A stretch of DNA of 64,000 nt, from positions 8,040 to 72,039 of the forward strand of contig CAJOEZ010000011.1 of NCBI GenBank assembly GCA_905233685.1. The letters are read 5' to 3'. Positions 1 to 8,800 of this stretch are shown piece by piece. The DNA is from an uncultured Bacteroidales bacterium (GTDB lineage Bacteria > Bacteroidota > Bacteroidia > Bacteroidales > F082). The notes beneath the pieces are model-generated. The model was not told the DNA's origin. It ran no database searches and saw only the letters and a program-made list of their open reading frames with translations. Positions within the stretch are counted from its first letter, which is position 1; every line of letters begins with the position of its first letter. A program made the position numbers and the translations under genes.

Positions 1-1740
1 CTTTGCTTTAATCCACCCTTCCTTTTTATAACTAAAATACGAAATATCATCATACTCGAATGGAATAATTAAGTTATTCTTTATATCTATCATCCCCACC
101 TTCTTGTTTTTCATTGCTTTTATCCAACTTTTATTAATAAAAGCCAAATATTCATATTCAAAAGGAATGATTGTCCTGTTTTTAATGTCAATAACTCCCC
201 ATTGGCCATTCTTACTAACTGTTGTCCATTCATTAAAATAAAAGGAAGAAGCATCATCGTATTCAAATGGAATGACAACTTTGTTCTTATTATCGACCCA
301 ACCATGTTTACCGTTTTTTGTTGCCTTAACAAACCAGCTGTCTTTATCATATTGATTAAAACGAATTGCATCATATTCAAAAGGAATAACAATATTATGA
401 TTAATATCAATTGCACCCCATTTCCCATCCTGTTCCATAAAAGCTAAATCGCGTTCCATTTCCAAGCCATCATATCTTACGCGTACAGGATACTCGCCTT
501 CGTCATAATAAATGGAAAAACTTTTATTAGTTTTACCTTCCTTATTTCCTTTGATTTCAAACATTGTTCGTTCTCCTGGTTGGATTGTTATTGTTTCCTT
601 AATCTTAGGAAGACTAACACCCCCTCCTGTTTTTAAACTTTTTACAGACAATGGTTTTCTACTAATATTGGATACTGTCACCTCACACGAATCGACCCAC
701 CTAATTAAAACACCCAAATCATACACCCCATCAACAGCCTTTATTTCATGGCCTCTTACTTTTATGACAATCTTAATCTTTATTCTATCCAACGCTTTCT
801 GTGCATTTTTATCCCCCTGTTCTGCCGCTTTCTGATACCATTCTATCGCTTTATCTATATCCTTTTCCACCCCATATCCATTTTCATAGCAGAATCCTAT
901 ACAATATTGCGAATCTGCATCTTCCTGTTCTGCTCCTTTTTTAAACCACTCAGCAGCTAACTTCTGATTCTTCTCAACACCATCACCCTGCCAATACATC
1001 CATCCAACCATCTTTGAAGCATCCCCAACCCCTTTTTCTGATGATTTCTTGTACCACTGAAGTGCCTGTTCATAGTCTTGTGTCACACCTTTACCATTAT
1101 AGTACATGTTTGCCAAGTTATACTCTCCCCACCAAAATCCTTGCTCTGCCGATTTCCTATACCATTTTACCGCTTCCTCATAACTCTGTTGCACGCCATT
1201 ACCCGAATAATAGCAATTACCTAATGCATTCTGTGCTTCTCTGTCATTGTGGTCAGCAGCTTTACGATACCAAGTTGCAGCTTGTTCGTAGCTTTGCTGA
1301 ACTCCATCTCCTGAATAATACATATCGCCCAATCCTTTTTCAGCATGAGCATTCCCCTGCCGTGCTGCTTTGTTGTACCATTCTAAAGCTTTTGCATAAT
1401 CTTGCTCAACTCCCAAACCATAGTGATACATAAGTCCGACATCGCGCTGTCCTTCAGCAAAACCTTGTGCTGCAGATTTCCTAAACCATTCAAGAGCTAT
1501 CGCATAATCCATTTCAACCCCTGCACCATACAAATACATCCCACCCAGTTCATCTTGACCCTGTGCATCGCCTTGTTGAGCTGCTTTTCGATAACATTCA
1601 ATAGCTTTCTCATAATCACCATTCTCAGAGTGTTTGTAACCTTGTTCCACAAGTTCTTTTGGCGTTTTGTTTTGTGCATACGCAGTCATGTTCAGCATTG
1701 CAAACATTGCAAATGCAATCATTTTAATCTTTGTACTCAT
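1..1740 (-). CDS. Secreted Sel1-repeat + WG(KWG)-repeat protein; C-terminus lies beyond the left window edge
   Basis: Absent from the supplied ORF track (no stop inside the window). Hand translation of the minus strand from ATG 1740..1738 stays open to position 1 (580 codons; spot-checked over 1-130, 420-840, 1560-1740). Signal-like MSTKIKMIAFAMFAMLNMTAYAQ, then ~8 Sel1-type units (YEKAIECYRKAAQQGDAQGQDELGGMYLYGAGV, ALEWFRKSAAQGFAEGQRDVGLMY...). WG-type units follow: GKWGAIDINHNIVIPFEYD, GKHGWVDNKNKVVIPFEYD, GQWGVIDIKNRTIIPFEYE, KVGMIDIKNNLIIPFEYD. Confidence 0.75.
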   Translation of the reverse strand, partial: MSTKIKMIAFAMFAMLNMTAYAQNKTPKELVEQGYKHSENGDYEKAIECYRKAAQQGDAQGQDELGGMYLYGAGVEMDYAIALEWFRKSAAQGFAEGQRDVGLMYHYGLGVEQDYAKALEWYNKAARQGNAHAEKGLGDMYYSGDGVQQSYEQAATWYRKAADHNDREAQNALGNCYYSGNGVQQSYEEAVKWYRKSAEQGFWWGEYNLANMYYNGKGVTQDYEQALQWYKKSSEKGVGDASKMVGWMYWQGDGVEKNQKLAAEWFKKGAEQEDADSQYCIGFCYENGYGVEKDIDKAIEWYQKAAEQGDKNAQKALDRIKIKIVIKVRGHEIKAVDGVYDLGVLIRWVDSCEVTVSNISRKPLSVKSLKTGGGVSLPKIKETITIQPGERTMFEIKGNKEGKTNKSFSIYYDEGEYPVRVRYDGLEMERDLAFMEQDGKWGAIDINHNIVIPFEYDAIRFNQYDKDSWFVKATKNGKHGWVDNKNKVVIPFEYDDASSFYFNEWTTVSKNGQWGVIDIKNRTIIPFEYEYLAFINKSWIKAMKNKKVGMIDIKNNLIIPFEYDDISYFSYKKEGWIKAK

Positions 1741-2100
1741 AGCTTTATTGATTTAATTGTTTATAGATTTCACCATTTCATTGAGCCAAATGCTGAATCC
1801 TCAAAAACAACTGGAAACAAAGAAGGCATGAATCCTCTCGTTATTTCCACTTATTTTTTGAGTCGGTGTCTGGAATACCTTTGGAATAAATAAGTGTCGA
1901 TTAAATTCACGCCATGCGTGAACTTTTCGCTACCTTATTCTCATTCCATAGTAAGTTTTCCAGACTTTACTCAAAGAGAACAAGAGCGTCAAGCTCAATA
2001 TGTTATGTTAGTTATATCTTCTTTTATTCCATAGTTTTCCGTTTAAAATCGGGTGTAAAATTACACAAATTATTTCATTCTTCTGCAAATATTGTTCGAT

Positions 2101-2172
2101 TTTTTCATTCCTCTCCGATTTCCAAAATCAATTCCCCTTCTCTCTGTGCAATCTGTTTGGCGTTCATGGTTT
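2101..2172. repeat. Copy A of a 72-nt direct repeat (64/72 identical to 4536..4607); contains minus-strand 20-codon sORF 2105..2167 (MNAKQIAQREGELILEIGEE)
   Basis: Hand alignment: both copies share tttttcattcctctcc ... ctgtgcaatctgtttggcgttcatggttt. The 8 mismatches cluster in the middle. A further gcaaatat similarity lies just upstream on the plus strand. Confidence 0.8.
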
Positions 2173-2222
2173 GTGTTCAACTGGTCACAATTTGTAACCG
2201 TTTCCTTCAATAATCAGTCTGC

Positions 2223-2630
2223 CTATCGTTTCAAAAACTCCGTAGGGTCAACTACATCAATGGCAGACAAGATGAAATCTTTGCCGTTGCGCGTCACGAT
2301 GCCATCAACACTTCCATCAACCAAAGCGCAATGATATTGCACGGAATCCTCAAAGTCTTTCCATCCAGCCCGCAATGCAGTAGTAATCACCATGCCATTT
2401 ACTGGCAATATATTTACAACTTCACCCAATTGGGAAAGACAGTTAATGCGGTCTTCATGGGAAAGAAACTTGCGCAACGAGTAATAGATATTGGTGTAGG
2501 AAAGCGCACACAGACTAACCTTGTACTCGCCTTGTTCGGCGCCATCAATTAAAGCGGCAGCTGCATTGGCACCTTCACGGTTCAACAGAAGGTCAATGAT
2601 GACATTTGTATCAACAAGATAATGCTTCAT
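2223..2630 (-). CDS. vapC: PIN-domain toxin (VapC family)
   Basis: N-terminus MKHYLVDTNVIIDLL is typical of PIN/VapC. About 135 aa, with a 4-nt ATGA overlap with the upstream small ORF (classic TA arrangement). Confidence 0.85.
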   Translation of the reverse strand: MKHYLVDTNVIIDLLLNREGANAAAALIDGAEQGEYKVSLCALSYTNIYYSLRKFLSHEDRINCLSQLGEVVNILPVNGMVITTALRAGWKDFEDSVQYHCALVDGSVDGIVTRNGKDFILSAIDVVDPTEFLKR

Positions 2631-2872
2631 GCTTCGTAACGGTTTGCCAGTTCTTCCTTATAGTCAAAATCTTTTGGGGCCGTTGCGATGCCGCGAAGTC
2701 TTTGCGAGAGCGGTTGCTTTCTCACAACGGATGCCTTTTGTCTTGCGGCAAATTCAATCAATATCATGTCCATCTGCCGCTGCAGCCATTGCTCAAGAGC
2801 CTTTTCGTCCTCAAATGCCGGGCGAATTGTCTCAATTACCGTGTCGTTTACCGAGATGTTATAAGTACACAT
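2627..2872 (-). CDS. Putative antitoxin partner of VapC
   Basis: 81-aa ORF translationally coupled to the PIN gene. Start moved to ATG 2872 (MCTYNISVND...) because a TAATTTTG -7 box lies at 2896..2903, downstream of the track start at 2908. Confidence 0.6.
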   Translation of the reverse strand: MCTYNISVNDTVIETIRPAFEDEKALEQWLQRQMDMILIEFAARQKASVVRKQPLSQRLRGIATAPKDFDYKEELANRYEA

Positions 2873-2895
2873 TGTTTTATGTTTTATTTCGATGG

Positions 2896-2903
2896 CAAAA
2901 TTA
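2896..2903 (-). promoter_or_regulatory. Bacteroidetes -7 promoter box TAATTTTG for the vapBC pair
   Basis: Reverse complement of caaaatta; matches TAnnTTTG, 24 nt upstream of ATG 2872. Confidence 0.5.
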
Positions 2904-2965
2904 CACAATTTCCATCACCTTGCGACTATTTTCTCTAATTTTGCGCTTGAAATACGAACAATTAT

Positions 2966-3490
2966 ATGAAACCATCAGAGATAAACCAACCCTTGAGTGA
3001 GCGGCAGCAGAAGGTAGTGGACACCCTGCTCGGCCTTGGCATCGACTTCGACATCAAGTTCCACCCGCCGTTGGGTTCCATCGAGGAGTCGTTGGCCTAC
3101 TGGGGCAAGTTCGAGGCGACGCACTGCAAGAACCTGTTTTTCCGTAACCACAAGGGCAACAAGCACTACCTCGTCATCTTCGAGTGCATGCACCAGATGG
3201 ACATCCATGACCTCGAGCAGCGACTGCACCAAGGCAAACTGACCTTCGCCTCGGAGGCCCGCATGGAGAAATACCTCGGCCTGAAGCCCGGCAGCGTCTC
3301 CCCTTTCGGCCTCATCAACGACGAGAACCACGAGGTGCACCTCTTCATCGACAAAAACCTCTTGAATGCCCCTCGCCTAAGCTTCCATCCCAACGACAAC
3401 ACTGGGACGATTATTATTAGTCAGGAGGACTTTATCAAGTTCTTGGAGGCGATGGGGAATGGGTATGAGTTTGTGGAGTTGTATGATTGA
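2966..3490 (+). CDS. YbaK/ProX-type aminoacyl-tRNA deacylase (prolyl-tRNA synthetase associated domain protein)
   Basis: Size of 174 aa and motifs HCKNLFFRNHKGNKHYLVI, KPGSVSPFGL, SFHPNDNT as in YbaK/ProX editing-domain proteins. GC3-rich. Confidence 0.75.
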   Translation: MKPSEINQPLSERQQKVVDTLLGLGIDFDIKFHPPLGSIEESLAYWGKFEATHCKNLFFRNHKGNKHYLVIFECMHQMDIHDLEQRLHQGKLTFASEARMEKYLGLKPGSVSPFGLINDENHEVHLFIDKNLLNAPRLSFHPNDNTGTIIISQEDFIKFLEAMGNGYEFVELYD

Positions 3491-3491
3491 T

Positions 3492-4172
3492 TTACATATC
3501 GTTAAGGATAGAACCTATAATATTTCTGATAAATCTAGCTTTTGCTACAACATCCATTGGGTCATATTTCAAAAGGTCATTTCTTTTTATCGTTGATTCA
3601 AAAAAACTAGCACCATTGTATCTGCCTATAATTTTCGCCAAGATTGGAATGGCAGTTTGCCCTAAATCTCTTATACCACTTGCCGCCATTAGTGATATTT
3701 GGTCAATTACATTATTAGCCCCGATGGTGTAATCATCAGTATGGAACACTGGGGTTCCGAGCATTCTCGATTTGTTCAGAACATCTTGAACTTTTGGTTT
3801 TAGCGAATCTCTTCCAACGCAAAGAAGCGTAAATAAGATTGCCATTGCTTCAGATTGACCTTGCCTTCCGTATGGCTGATGATCTATATATTCCATTATG
3901 CAGTAAAACCCATCTTCCGCCCATACTTCTCTAATGTCAGAATCATGAATCCAATCATAATGAAGCATAAAAGCAAAACACAATGCAAGATTGTCTTTTT
4001 CTGGATATGATATTATTTTCTTGCCAGCGCCAGGTTTGTTAAACTGACTATAAAGTTGGAATAAATAGTTTTGTAACTCTGAACTATTCCCTTTAGGTTC
4101 AAGTTCAATACATTTGTCAACAAGTGTTTTAAGACTTGAATTACTGTTGTTTTGAAAATCAAACAATCCCAT
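3492..4172 (-). CDS. Hypothetical protein (AT-rich orphan, 226 aa)
   Basis: Clean ORF, no motif I recognise, visibly lower G+C than the flanking genes. Its stop codon is 1 nt from the ybaK-like stop codon. Confidence 0.5.
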   Translation of the reverse strand: MGLFDFQNNSNSSLKTLVDKCIELEPKGNSSELQNYLFQLYSQFNKPGAGKKIISYPEKDNLALCFAFMLHYDWIHDSDIREVWAEDGFYCIMEYIDHQPYGRQGQSEAMAILFTLLCVGRDSLKPKVQDVLNKSRMLGTPVFHTDDYTIGANNVIDQISLMAASGIRDLGQTAIPILAKIIGRYNGASFFESTIKRNDLLKYDPMDVVAKARFIRNIIGSILNDM

Positions 4173-4267
4173 AAGTTTACCATTTAAATTGTTAGTTATA
4201 CATAATTTTCGTTTATTAATCGTCCAAATTTTATAGTGATATTAACTGCTTCAAATTAGTCTTTTTA

Positions 4268-4403
4268 GACCAAGCGCAAAAGAAATGCGGACGAAACTCA
4301 TCCACATTCCGGGTGCTTGGTCATACCCTTACCTACAGATAAGCACGCCCGCAAAATCGCAGGCTTGCACTATCTTCTGTAGGTAATTCCTTTGCGACCA
4401 AGC
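4268..4403. other. Structured non-coding element (candidate RNA or MITE-like insert)
   Basis: GACCAAGC at 4268..4275 and 4396..4403, with its exact complement GCTTGGTC at 4315..4322. CGCAAA (4275..4280) pairs with TTTGCG (4391..4396). An internal 8-bp stem is CCTACAGA (4332..4339) / TCTGTAGG (4376..4383). Confidence 0.4.
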
Positions 4404-4535
4404 TTTGGAATGATTTCAGAATAGTAGCAAACGCTAAAATTATTATATTAGTTTATTTCTATCTTTTTGTACTTCAATATTTTAATTTCAATTTCGTATT
4501 CGTTATTATCTTGTTTTCATCCGCAAATATACAAC

Positions 4536-4607
4536 TTTTTCATTCCTCTCCACCCTCCAATAGCAATTCCCCCTCTCCCTGTGCAATCTGTTTGGCGTTC
4601 ATGGTTT
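4536..4607. repeat. Copy B of the 72-nt direct repeat; contains minus-strand 20-codon sORF 4540..4602 (MNAKQIAQGEGELLLEGGEE)
   Basis: See copy A. On the minus strand the sORF is followed by a perfect TATATTTG -7 box (about 4516..4523). Confidence 0.8.
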
Positions 4608-4661
4608 CTCAATCACTTCCCAATGGCCGCCTTTGTCTGGCCAATTCGGCGGATGATTCCA

Positions 4662-4736
4662 GCAGCTTTCATTATTTTTGATAAGTTTTTGGAGGAGATG
4701 GGGAATAGTTATGAGTTTGAGGAGTTGTATGAGTGA
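4662..4736 (+). pseudogene. 3'-terminal relic of a second YbaK/ProX-type gene
   Basis: Translates to ...IIFDKFLEEMGNSYEFEELYE*, against the intact gene end ...DFIKFLEAMGNGYEFVELYD*. The last ~51 nt (4686..4736) align to 3440..3490 at roughly 88% identity by hand. No upstream coding body. Confidence 0.6.
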
Positions 4737-4867
4737 AGTGAATAGAGCTTTTTTCGAACAATTAGCAATCATTTTTTTAGTCGTTTATTCAAAAAAATGC
4801 TCTCAAATCATGCTTGCTTTACGTTAAGTATTTATCACAAACTTTTTCCCAATTCTACCAAAAGCTT

Positions 4868-4875
4868 TACCTTTG
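4868..4875 (+). promoter_or_regulatory. -7 promoter box TACCTTTG
   Basis: Matches TAnnTTTG, 22 nt upstream of ATG 4897. The TTG start used by the ORF track lies inside the box. Confidence 0.5.
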
Positions 4876-4896
4876 CCCCATCAAACACGAAGGGTC

Positions 4897-5772
4897 ATGG
4901 AAAACGAAATACAAACCGAAGTCAAGAACACCAACTGCGAGACCTTCAACACCGTGAAATGCCTCAACTGCGGCAACGAGTTCCAAGGGAATTTCTGCCC
5001 AGAATGCGGACAAAGTGCCGACACAGGGCGTTTCACATTGCGCTTCATTTTCGATAACTTGCTGGCGGCGTTCATCAGTAAGGACGGTGGTATATGGTTC
5101 TCAGTCAAGAACTTGTTCACCCGTCCAGGCGAGATGATTGTCGAAATCCTCAACGGCAAGCGCAGAAGATATGTCTCGCCTTTCCCCATGCTGTTTTGTG
5201 TCCTTACGCTCTATATCCTGCTTTTCACTTTAACTGGTAGTCGCAACGACATGAAAAAGATTGAGCGAGAGTATATGGAATTGGAAATATCGAACGAGGC
5301 CGATTCAGCTGAAAACACCGCAACAATTGACACCCGCAAAAACGAGTTATCTAGGATGATCGGGATGGCATTCAAGTTTTACAACAATTACTATACCACC
5401 GTTATTATGCTGACCCTTCCCTTATTCCTTTTGACCACGAGGGCTTGGTATGGCAAAACCAACAGAAAGCGCTATTATCGTGCTGAATATATTGTCGCCA
5501 TCACCTATTCAATGGTCATGGTGATCCTCTACCGTTGTTTGGTCAGCCTTGTGTACCCTTTTTCGGAAAGTGCTTGTGATACCATGGGCAACTTCATTCC
5601 ATTGGTCATCATCGCAGCCTTTACCGCCTGTTTCCATAAAATGTTGGGGTTCAGCATTGCGAAAACCGTATGGAGAAGCCTCTTGGCGATAATCTTATAT
5701 TATATGATTCTCTTTTTCTTATTATTCACGGCATTGATTGTTTATGTTGTTTTTGCATTGAAATTGTATTAA
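4897..5772 (+). CDS. DUF3667-like zinc-ribbon membrane protein
   Basis: N-terminal CLNCGNEFQGNFCPECGQ zinc-ribbon followed by several hydrophobic helices. Start set at MENEIQ behind the -7 box. Confidence 0.65.
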   Translation: MENEIQTEVKNTNCETFNTVKCLNCGNEFQGNFCPECGQSADTGRFTLRFIFDNLLAAFISKDGGIWFSVKNLFTRPGEMIVEILNGKRRRYVSPFPMLFCVLTLYILLFTLTGSRNDMKKIEREYMELEISNEADSAENTATIDTRKNELSRMIGMAFKFYNNYYTTVIMLTLPLFLLTTRAWYGKTNRKRYYRAEYIVAITYSMVMVILYRCLVSLVYPFSESACDTMGNFIPLVIIAAFTACFHKMLGFSIAKTVWRSLLAIILYYMILFFLLFTALIVYVVFALKLY

Positions 5773-5784
5773 GAAATTTTTGTT

Positions 5785-5792
5785 TATTTTTG
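5785..5792 (+). promoter_or_regulatory. -7 promoter box TATTTTTG
   Basis: Matches TAnnTTTG, 23 nt upstream of ATG 5815. Confidence 0.5.
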
Positions 5793-5814
5793 CCTCAATC
5801 AAACTTTATTTCTC

Positions 5815-8800
5815 ATGAAAAAGACCTTCTTTCTCCTCATCGCATTACTCGGAGCCTTGCATTGCGCCACAGCAGCTCCCTTGAAAAACATCGAAGTGCG
5901 CCTCACACAGCCCGACGGACAAGTCATCAACTGCTATGCGTCGGGCGACGAGTTCTACAACTATCTGCACGACGCCAACGGTTTCACCATCGTCAAAGGC
6001 GACAATGGATACTACTATTACGCCATGCACGACAGCCAAGGCCAAGTGGTGCCCTCTTCCTACAAGGTCAATAGCGTGGAACCGGCATCGGTAGGTCTAA
6101 ATCCCTACGTGAAAATCTCTCCAGAGGAATACCAACAACGCCGTCATGCCCGCGAACAACACATCAGGCGGCCTCAAAAGCCCGCCAACCGCGAGCTTAA
6201 CCATGGCGTTTACAACAACTTGGTCGTCTTCATCCGTTTTGCAGGCGACACTTACCACACCACGCCATTTTCCGCTGTCGATTCCATGTTCAACGCCTCC
6301 AACTACGAGTCCATCTCGATGCGCAACTACTTCCATCACGCTTCCTACAACAAACTCGACCTCCGCTCCTATTGCTATCCCATTCCTGACGGCGAGACCA
6401 TCCTTTCCTACGAGGACATCTATCCGAAAGAATACTACATGCCCTACGACCCCGTAACCAATCCCATGGGCTACCAAGACTGGGAGACCGCCGAGCGTGA
6501 GTTCTCGCTGCTGGAACGCGCCATTTACTATGTGGCCGACCAAGTGCCCGACACCCTCGATCTTGACTATAACGGAGACGGCAAGGTCGATAATGTAGTG
6601 TTTGTCATCAAGGGGCAGCCAGGCGAATGGGCCTCGTTGCTCTGGCCTCACCGCTGGTGCATCTACGACCGCTATGTGCCTCTGAATGGGCTGCAAGTTT
6701 ACGACTTCAACTTCCAACTCGAAATAGGGGGCTATTTTAACGTCAGCACGCTTTGCCACGAGATGAACCACTCTTTGGGCGCGCCCGACCTTTACCACTA
6801 TGATGGCGGCCCCGATGCAGTAGGCAGCTGGGACCTCATGTGCGGCACCACGGAGCCTCCGCAACAGATTGGCATGTACATGAAATACAAGTACGGCAAT
6901 TGGGTAGACGACATCCCTGACATCACTGGAAACTATGGCTACTACGAAGTCGAAGCCGACTCGTGGGAGGGCAACCGTCGCAATGCCTACCGCATCAGTA
7001 CTAGCGACCCGAACCAATTCATCGTTATTGAATACCGCAACGAAAACGACATCTTCGACAGGAACGTACCCGATGGCGGGCTGCTCATTTACCGCATCGA
7101 CACCCGCTTTGACGGCAACGCGGGATGGAACGGAACCGACCAATTCGATGAGGTCTATCTCTTCCGCCCAGGCGGCAGCGTCAACGGGGAAGGCAACTTG
7201 AACCGCGCCAACTTCTGCGCCGAACGTAGCCGCACTGAGTTCAACAGCGAAACCGACCCGCACATTTTCCTCACCAACGACGATGGATATACGGAATGGG
7301 ACTGGATCCGCAACATCAGCACGAGGGGCGACAAGATAAGTTTCGTTTATGAACCCAATTGGAACTATGAATATACCATGCCCGGTCCGGAGAATTTCAA
7401 CGTCAATGTGAACAGCATCGACCATCAATTGGAGTTTTCATGGAGTCCCAAAGAAGGTGCCGACTCCTATAAGCTCTTTCGTGTCGCTCCATCGGGCGGT
7501 TTGATGGAAATCGCAAGAGACATCACCGACACTACCTACGTCCTTCCCTATTCCGAGGGCGACCTCGGCTATCGTGCTTACGCTTTGATGTATGTCAGCG
7601 GCGGCTTGCTGATGTATCACTCCGCCCCTTCCGAAACATGGGCCATCATCGGCAACTACGAGACCATCCGTCTTTCCCTGACTTCCGATTCGCCCTACGG
7701 CACCAAAGGCGGGGAGCTGGCGATAACATACGACCATCCGAATATGCCTCCGAGATGGCTCACCATTTACGAAGGAACTCATAATGAAACCGAACTGTAC
7801 GTGCCTGCCGGCACCGAGGTCACTTTCTTCTGGAATCCGGGGTTTGACCCCGAGAGTAAAGGCATCCATCTCACGGCCACCCGCCTCAACGAAGTTAGTC
7901 AAGACATTCTTTTCGATATCGACCAACCTGCCTATGAGATTGCTCATTATACCGCACTTGATGAAGGTTTGGGCGTGATTCCTCCGCAAAACGTGACCGC
8001 TATTTCCGACGGGACGAACATCCAATTGAGTTGGACGGTGCCCACCGAAAACAAGGACTTTGACATCTACCGCGACGGCAGGCTATACCATACCGCCGAA
8101 GGCTACACTTACCTTGACGACAAAATCATGCGTTCCGGCACCCACAATTACCATGTGGAAAGTGCGGTTGGAGACATCTCCTCTTGGAACCCCGACAACT
8201 TGGTTCATGCTACCACGATGAACTATTACTGCGAACCGCCACAAAACTTGCAAGGCTCGTATTACCAAGACGGCCATGTGGAGCTCAACTGGGATGCGCC
8301 TGCGTTTGTCGGTCACGGCATGTTGGCTTATGACAACAATGAGTTCCTTGAACAAATCGGTAGCACCAGCCACAAGTGGGGCATCCGTATCGACCCTGAA
8401 CAACTTGCTATGTTTGCTGGTCATCCTCTTACAGACATCGAAGTATTCGACTGCTCCTCAGGGACTTACACTTTCACCATTTACAACGGGCAGTTGACCA
8501 ACAACAGCACTACGCTCTTCACCCAGCAACGCGAGATGGAAGGCTCATACGAGTGGGTCAGGTTTGCCTTGGATGAGGCCGTCGCTTTCGACCCCACGCT
8601 TCCGCTATGGATTTGCGTTGCCACCTCAGGCGCACAGAAACCCATCCCCTGCTGCGACTATGTGGGCATCAGCAACAGTTGCCTGATTAGGTCGGGATCC
8701 GTGTGGAAACCCGCAACGCAGTACGGTATGTATCGCTCGTGGATGCTGCGTGCCTACACTGCTCCCATCGACAACCAAAACTTCACCTACAACCTTTATT

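Noticed and set aside
1741-2222. 99-aa and 80-aa plus-strand ORFs (1914..2213, 2092..2334) and 4467..4736 in the repeat-containing intergenic regions
   Set aside because: Their composition is implausible (Cys/Phe/Ser-rich). They read through the 72-nt repeat and the ybaK relic in arbitrary frames, and there is no promoter box in a suitable position.
6097-7428. 443-aa minus-strand ORF, plus other long antisense ORFs: 24972..26681 (569 aa), 30093..31466 (457 aa), 14630..15736, 19590..20642, 43368..44213, 49782..50402
   Set aside because: All lie antisense to genes with clear family motifs. They are V/G/A/H/R-rich and low in complexity, and they occur only where the sense gene is GC3-rich. These are typical shadow ORFs, not genes.
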